From Patescibacteria group bacterium (GTDB lineage: Bacteria > Patescibacteriota > WWE3 > UBA101185 > UBA10185), in the NCBI GenBank assembly GCA_049322215.1, contig JBMORU010000001.1, forward strand, positions 836,023 through 900,022: a DNA stretch of 64,000 nt. The letters run 5' to 3'. Positions 58,764 through 64,000 of the stretch are shown piece after piece (positions within the stretch are counted from its first letter, which is position 1; the number at the start of each line of letters is the position of its first letter). The position numbers were made by a program, and so were the translations under genes. The notes below the pieces were generated by a model. That model had not been told where the DNA came from and searched no databases. It saw only the letters and a list, made by a program, of their open reading frames with translations.

Positions 58764-59708
58764 TTACTCAGAATCTTCTTTGCTTGCTAAATACTTTTCT
58801 GCATCCAAAGCAGCCATACAACCATAGCCAGCAGCTGTAATGGCTTGCCTGTAACGATAATCATGCACATCTCCCGAAATAAAAATTCCATTTAGAGAAG
58901 AATTTGTGTTTTCTTTTGTTACAGCATACCCAACATGATCAATTTCTATCACATCTTTCAAAAATCCTGTATTGGGATTATGCCCAATTGCAACAAATAA
59001 GCCCTGAACTTCTAAAGTTGATTCTTCGTTAGTTTTACTATTTAAAAGTTTTAAACCAGAAACAAAGTTTTCGCCTAAAACATCAGTAACTTCGGTATTA
59101 AATATAAACTCAATTTTTTCGTTTGAGTAGGCGCGTGTTTGCATTATTTTACTAGCTTTCATACTTTCTTTATCGCCACGAACTAAAACATATACCTTAG
59201 TAGCAAACTTTGTTAAAAAGTTAGATTCTTCCATAGCAGCGTCACCACCCCCTACAACTGCAACAACTTTGTCTTTGAAAAAGAATCCATCACATGTAGC
59301 ACACGCAGAAACACCTTTAGAACGTAAACGCTGCTCGTTTTCTAAACCTAACCACTTAGCAGAAGCTCCTGTAGCTACAATAACAGTCTTGCCTTTAAAA
59401 GTTTGCGTATCTTCAGTTTCAATACAAAAACCTTCTACACATTTTTCAACCTTAATTACATTTTCATCTAAAAATTCGGTTCCAAATCTTTTAGCTTGTT
59501 CCCGCATTAAATTTACTAACTCAGGACCTTGAACTCCTTTAGGAAATCCAGGATAGTTTTCTACCTCAGTTGTCCACATTAATTGTCCTCCTGGCGGATT
59601 TCCGGCAAAAACAAAAGTAGATAACTCGGCTCGAGAAGTGTAAATTGCAGCAGTTAAACCCGCTGGACCACCGCCAATTATTAAAACATCATAAATTTTG
59701 CTATTCAT
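58764..59708 (-). CDS. trxB: Thioredoxin reductase
   Basis: GGGPAG, VENYPGF, CATCDG, GGGDAA, YRQAITAAG. Confidence 0.97.
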   Translation of the reverse strand: MNSKIYDVLIIGGGPAGLTAAIYTSRAELSTFVFAGNPPGGQLMWTTEVENYPGFPKGVQGPELVNLMREQAKRFGTEFLDENVIKVEKCVEGFCIETEDTQTFKGKTVIVATGASAKWLGLENEQRLRSKGVSACATCDGFFFKDKVVAVVGGGDAAMEESNFLTKFATKVYVLVRGDKESMKASKIMQTRAYSNEKIEFIFNTEVTDVLGENFVSGLKLLNSKTNEESTLEVQGLFVAIGHNPNTGFLKDVIEIDHVGYAVTKENTNSSLNGIFISGDVHDYRYRQAITAAGYGCMAALDAEKYLASKEDSE

Positions 59709-59818
59709 TGCTTAATTATACGTTTAATTGCATTTTTGCAAAATGAAAAAGTCAGTTTGACATATATTGCTCAATACACATATAATTCGCTGCATGCTAA
59801 AAACTGCCACCAAAAAAT

Positions 59819-60442
59819 ATGCTGGAGTCACTACTGTTACTTCCATTTGTAATATCTGCTTTTTCGTCTCATAACCTTGAGGCAGCGTATGCATTAGAAA
59901 CCCAACACTTCATTGCAAATACAGACAAAAATATAATTCTTGATGTTCCATATTTTCATCAAATAAATAGTCTTACAGAGCAAGGAAAAAAAGAAAACGG
60001 AGGTTCTGCATGTGGACCAACTGCATTAGCAATGGTGCTAAGTTATGAGGGCTTAAATTTTACGCTAGACGAAGTTATTAATAAACTCCCAAACAATGTA
60101 TATGTAAAGGGTGTAATGTTTTACGATTTAGCCGCTGGACCAGAAATTTTTGGAAAAAAAGCAATTGAAATAGAACAAAACCCAACCTCGTATTACAACA
60201 TATTGAAAGAGGGTAAACCAATAGTACTTAACGTACAAAACTACGATGGCGTAGTAGGGCATGCACTAGTAATAGTAGGTATGGCAGGGTACAACGGAAA
60301 AACTGCAGATGCCTTAATTGTGCATGACCCACTTAAATCTTCCTATCAAAGTTTTGAATACATAAACAATAATACACTTAAACAACCAGCTGGGTATTCC
60401 TTACCAATTGGAATAATTAAACCATTCTATGTTGAAGACTGA
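59819..60442 (+). CDS. C39-like cysteine peptidase, exported
   Basis: VPYFHQ, CGPTALAM, GHALVIVG, HDP. Confidence 0.88.
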   Translation: MLESLLLLPFVISAFSSHNLEAAYALETQHFIANTDKNIILDVPYFHQINSLTEQGKKENGGSACGPTALAMVLSYEGLNFTLDEVINKLPNNVYVKGVMFYDLAAGPEIFGKKAIEIEQNPTSYYNILKEGKPIVLNVQNYDGVVGHALVIVGMAGYNGKTADALIVHDPLKSSYQSFEYINNNTLKQPAGYSLPIGIIKPFYVED

Positions 60443-60449
60443 ATAACAA

Positions 60450-61790
60450 GTGTTAGAATCAATAGTAATGAGAAAGAAAATTTTACTGCCCATAATACTA
60501 ATAGTATCTTTATTAGGTATTATTTATTTAATTAATCCACATGCATACAAGCCAATAACAGTTTTTAGAGGAGGAAGCAAAATAGGCAGCCTTGATTTAA
60601 CTGGAGAAAAACTAGACGTGGGTTACAATATACTAACTTATCAGCTTAAAAAACCTATTTACTTAAACTTAGAAACATCAAGCCAAGCGGTAACTTTAAA
60701 CGATATAGGCATAGGGATTAATTTAGACGCCCTAACAAAAATGACAAAGACATGCAGATTTAGTTCACTGCAGTTTTTTTGTAAAAACACTTCTAATGAA
60801 GCTCTTGATCCATTAAATGCGTTATCTTTAAATCAGGAAAAGTTAGACGAGTTTTTAAATCAAATAGAGCATGAAACTCAGTTTTTAGCAGAGAACACTA
60901 TTATTTCTTTTAGTGATTATACTTTTAGAGCAGCAACACCTAATGCAGCAATTGAATTAGATAGGGAACCTTTTAGTTCGAAAGAAAAAATTTCACAACT
61001 TATTACTCAAGAAGACCGTGTGAAAGTAAAACTAAATGCAAGTCCAGTAGACAATAAAGAAGAACAGCAAACCTTAACTAAAACTTTAATTTCAAACATT
61101 CAAAAACCACTGCTAATTAAATACGGAAGAAATCCTGTTTACATACCTGCTGAAACTATTGCAACTTTTGTAACTACAGAAGAACGAGATGGTTTATTGT
61201 ATGGTAAGGTAATAGAAGCTCCTATAGGCACTTACTTAGATAAACTTGGAAAAGAATACGAATCGGAAGATGTTATATTAGAAAAGAGCAATGCTGTGGA
61301 TGCGATACGACGTGCTTTGCTTTTTAGGGCAACAGATTACGAAATTAACAATGCCGTAATATTACCTATTGCAGGAAAACCCCAAACCGATGGTAGCTTG
61401 CATAATGTGTACCTTGAAGTAGTTAAAGATCAGCAAAGACTATATAGATGGGAAAATGGAGAGTTAGTGAAAACATATATTATATCTACAGGCTTAACGT
61501 GGGAAACACCTCCAGGAGAGTATAAAGTGTTAGGAAAGCAAAAAATGACAATATCTTATTACGACGATTGGTACATGCCAAATTACTTACCCATTGGTAC
61601 TATAAATGGATACAGATTTGGATTTCATTCTATTCCATATCACCAAGACGCTGCAGGAAATATTTACTCAAGAGATCCAAACACAATGGGAAGTCCTGCA
61701 ACAGGAGGATGTATTCAACTAACAGAAGAAGAGTCTTTAGAGCTATTTAACTGGGCCGAAATAGGTACACCAGTATATATTTACGAATAA
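60450..61790 (+). CDS. L,D-transpeptidase (YkuD) with N-terminal TM
   Basis: QRLY...ISTG...TPPG...FH...GSPATGGCIQL...GTPV. Confidence 0.9.
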   Translation: MLESIVMRKKILLPIILIVSLLGIIYLINPHAYKPITVFRGGSKIGSLDLTGEKLDVGYNILTYQLKKPIYLNLETSSQAVTLNDIGIGINLDALTKMTKTCRFSSLQFFCKNTSNEALDPLNALSLNQEKLDEFLNQIEHETQFLAENTIISFSDYTFRAATPNAAIELDREPFSSKEKISQLITQEDRVKVKLNASPVDNKEEQQTLTKTLISNIQKPLLIKYGRNPVYIPAETIATFVTTEERDGLLYGKVIEAPIGTYLDKLGKEYESEDVILEKSNAVDAIRRALLFRATDYEINNAVILPIAGKPQTDGSLHNVYLEVVKDQQRLYRWENGELVKTYIISTGLTWETPPGEYKVLGKQKMTISYYDDWYMPNYLPIGTINGYRFGFHSIPYHQDAAGNIYSRDPNTMGSPATGGCIQLTEEESLELFNWAEIGTPVYIYE

Positions 61791-61902
61791 AAAAAGGGCA
61801 AATGCAATAAAAACAAAAAGTTTCTACTACAAATGCCCTAACCAGATCGAGCGGAGAAAATCAATATGTTGTCATATTACAGGCTATAGGGTATGTTGTC
61901 AA
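61789..61902 (-). ncRNA. Candidate ~80-nt small RNA: ORF-less member of the dispersed unit family
   Basis: TTGACA-acataCCCTATAGcctg-TAATAT, then about 28 unpaired nt, long G-U-rich hairpin 61795-61839 and T-tract. Confidence 0.6.
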
Positions 61903-61916
61903 TGTTTTAATAAAAT

Positions 61917-62378
61917 ATGCCACACTTAATAATGGAACTACATGCGTATAGATTGAGAAATAAGTCTATCTTTAGACGGACTATTCAGATATATGATGAA
62001 TACGTTTTATATAAAAGAAGATCTTGGTTTAAAATGCACGAAGTTACCATGACATACAACCATATAACCCAAGTTAACATAGATACGGGAATAGTGTTTG
62101 CTCACATGGAATTAATTAGTTCAAGTAGCTCTGCAAATATACAAATTAGATACTTGTTTAAAAAACCTGCTTTAAAGGCAAAAGCCATTATAGAGAAAAA
62201 AATACATCTTGCTCACAATAAAGAGCACATGAGCATTTTTAACAACAAAAACTTAGGGTCTAAAATAGCAGGGTTAGAGATGTCACTTGATAGACTGCAG
62301 GAGCTTTTGCATCGAGGAAAAATAAATAAGAAAGAGTATAATAAAAGACGAGATAAACTAGTTAAAAAGATTGATTAA
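61917..62378 (+). CDS. bPH-like domain protein with C-terminal SHOCT
   Basis: ITQVNIDTGIVFA; LDRLQELLHRGKINKKEYNKRRDKL. Confidence 0.75.
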   Translation: MPHLIMELHAYRLRNKSIFRRTIQIYDEYVLYKRRSWFKMHEVTMTYNHITQVNIDTGIVFAHMELISSSSSANIQIRYLFKKPALKAKAIIEKKIHLAHNKEHMSIFNNKNLGSKIAGLEMSLDRLQELLHRGKINKKEYNKRRDKLVKKID

Positions 62379-62418
62379 GTACTTTAACTTGTGGTATTTT
62401 TCTCTCACTTGTATGTTT

Positions 62419-62494
62419 GCGGCGGTAGTTCAGTTGGTAGAATGTCTCCCTTCCAAGGAGAAGGTCGCCGGTTCGAATCCGGTCCGCCGCTCCA
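62419..62494 (+). tRNA. tRNA-Gly(TCC)
   Basis: GCGGCGG/CCGCCGC acceptor stem, TCTCC/GGAGA anticodon stem, TCC anticodon, GGTTCGAATCC, encoded CCA. Confidence 0.97.
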
Positions 62495-62500
62495 TTTAAA

Positions 62501-62593
62501 CCTATAGTATTGACTGCTTTATCAATCACATTTATAATTGTCCAAGAATATTAACCCAATATGAATCCGGCTTAAAGCCAAGGAGATGTGGAA
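62501..62593 (+). promoter_or_regulatory. Dispersed-unit promoter/leader
   Basis: CCTATAGTA-TTGACT-N17-TATAAT ... AAGGAG. Confidence 0.8.
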
Positions 62594-63049
62594 ATGACCA
62601 CGAAAATTAGTTACGCTTTAATCAAAGAAGACGCATACGAAGAAGAACGTGCTGAATTTTTACCAGGAAACAAAGCCTTATGTGAAAAGTTGAACAATGG
62701 CGCAAAGTTTGGCATTGCTTTCATGAACCCATTGTACGGAGAAGGTAGAAGCATTGAACTTGATGCTTGGCAACTTCAATATGCCGTTGTTTATTTAAAC
62801 GATGGTAATACATTGCCGTTTCCTCTTTTTTGGCATGCAATTGGATACAATACAGACGATGATTTTCCAGAAACACTAGGCATTTTAGAGTATATGATTA
62901 TGAAAATTTTCGGAAAACAATTTGCCGGGTGCACTGCTGTTACAGACGGTGATGAAAAAGGAAAATTACGTGCTAAACGAGCTGCTATTGCTCTTGCAAA
63001 TGGTAAAACACTGAATGATGCTTATGTAGATATTTTTCCCGTAAGCTAA
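62594..63049 (+). CDS. Orphan protein (dispersed unit)
   Basis: ATG 8 nt after AAGGAG; long 3' hairpin 63064-63110 plus T-tract. Confidence 0.78.
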   Translation: MTTKISYALIKEDAYEEERAEFLPGNKALCEKLNNGAKFGIAFMNPLYGEGRSIELDAWQLQYAVVYLNDGNTLPFPLFWHAIGYNTDDDFPETLGILEYMIMKIFGKQFAGCTAVTDGDEKGKLRAKRAAIALANGKTLNDAYVDIFPVS

Positions 63050-63210
63050 TTCAGTTTCTCAAAGCCAGGTAGATGCAGAAGTAAAAACAAACTTCTTTCA
63101 TTTACCTGGTATTTTTTACTTAATTTAGTTAGCCAAAAAAAGCTGCACTTTTTATAAGCACCAACTTATTTGTATAAAACCTGAATAAAACTAAACTATA
63201 CTAACAGCCG

Positions 63211-63273
63211 TTGTAAATGGCCTATAGTGATGATATAATGGTGGCAAAATATATCCCATAAAGGAGATTTGAT
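63211..63273 (+). promoter_or_regulatory. Dispersed-unit promoter/leader
   Basis: TTGTAA-atggCCTATAGTGatga-TATAAT ... AAATATATCCCATAAAGGAG. Confidence 0.8.
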
Positions 63274-63579
63274 ATGTGGATCTTACAAATGTTTAGGAAA
63301 AAAAAGAAGCCGAAAACAACCGGTTTTAGCGACGAACTTAACATTGCAAGCTTTCAGGATGAAAAGCGACTTCGGCCAAAGTGGATAAAAGCCTTTACTG
63401 CAAAAAAGGGTGACCCAAAGGTTGTTATCAAACAAAAAAACCTAGTGGCAGAGGTGAAACGCGAAGACGAATGGTATGTAATTTGGGCATACGATAAACG
63501 TGATCCAATGCGCAACATAAAAACAAAAATAACGCTGTTCGAAGCAAAAAAGTTTGTTGCCAAAGTACGTAGTTGGTAG
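63274..63579 (+). CDS. Orphan basic protein (dispersed unit)
   Basis: AAGGAG SD; K/R-rich; hairpin 63642-63680 plus T8. Confidence 0.78.
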   Translation: MWILQMFRKKKKPKTTGFSDELNIASFQDEKRLRPKWIKAFTAKKGDPKVVIKQKNLVAEVKREDEWYVIWAYDKRDPMRNIKTKITLFEAKKFVAKVRSW

Positions 63580-63791
63580 GAAAACAAAAAAGGCTTCGCG
63601 CTTATTAAAGCCCGCCTATAAACTATCCTACTAAAACTGACTAGGGAAAAAACAAGGCTATTTAACTCGTTTTTTCCCTATTTTTTTTATATAGATGCTT
63701 TAGTTCCCCTAAGTTTTTATAGTTTGTGCAATTAATTAGCACATAACACAAACGTTTACCTAACTCTATAAAGCCGTTATCATATTAATAT

Positions 63792-64000
63792 ATGAAATCA
63801 AGATCCGTGAAGTTAATGCACCGCGTTTATAGCTCAAACCATGTGCTAGATTCACCTCTGTTAATGTTTTCTACTATAGTAGTTTTGTTTACTATTGCAG
63901 ATGCAATAATTGCATACAGTGTTCCTATATATATTGAAAGCACATATCATAGCACAACCATAATGGGATTTTTAATGGCCATTTCTTCTACAGCAGGTAT
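63792..64000 (+). CDS. Partial membrane protein, probably an MFS transporter (runs off window)
   Basis: MKSRSVK...LFTIADAIIAYSVPIYI...MGFLMAISSTAG. Confidence 0.55.
   Translation, partial: MKSRSVKLMHRVYSSNHVLDSPLLMFSTIVVLFTIADAIIAYSVPIYIESTYHSTTIMGFLMAISSTAG

Noticed and set aside
61853-61889. Plus-strand GGAG...ATG 7-codon ORF (MLSYYRL)
   Set aside because: No plus-strand promoter. G-U pairing and the promoter favour a minus-strand RNA, although this is not fully excluded.
62419-62494. Genetic code 25 (UGA=Gly)
   Set aside because: The anticodon is TCC, long genes translate intact in code 11, and several end in TGA.
720-63587. Short antisense or overlapping ORFs in the supplied track (e.g. 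720-929, 6758-7189, 25469-25711, 36109-36477, 48799-49071, 57086-57274)
   Set aside because: They are shadows of better-supported genes and have no SD, promoter or motifs.
6360-63680. Long hairpins as integron attC sites
   Set aside because: No consistent RYYYAAC/GTTRRRY R boxes. Units are dispersed in both orientations with their own promoters, most hairpins have T-tracts, and there is no intI in the window.
1-64000. CRISPR array, IS element, rRNA or prophage
   Set aside because: No regularly spaced repeats, and no cas, transposase, integrase, phage structural or rRNA-like sequence seen.

Overview
AT-rich, gene-dense bacterial chromosome segment using the standard genetic code. It is most consistent with a Patescibacteria/CPR organism, probably WWE3/Microgenomates-like. 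This is inferred from several GT-C glycosyltransferases, PilB, LDH, patchy metabolism and mostly leaderless genes. Recognisable content: a MerR-HTH-fused C5 DNA methyltransferase, an ArsR/ArsP redox operon, an Mrr-type nuclease, a general-stress cluster with an atypical OmpR regulator, CIRCE-controlled Hsp20, tag, galT, galE, pyrD, ldh, an ABC exporter, DnaQ, endonuclease IV, PilB, Elp3 back-to-back with a Trm9-like methyltransferase, CcdA/DsbA, SOD, trxB, an L,D-transpeptidase and tRNA-Gly(TCC). The main unexplained structure is a dispersed family of about 12 stand-alone orphan gene units, plus one ORF-less unit. Most or all share a sigma70 -35/N17/-10 promoter carrying a CCYATAGTR box, an AAATATCAC-like leader with an AAGGAG Shine-Dalgarno (SD), and an unusually long bulged 3' hairpin. 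Most neighbouring conserved genes instead look leaderless. All calls come from motif reading only; no database searches were run.
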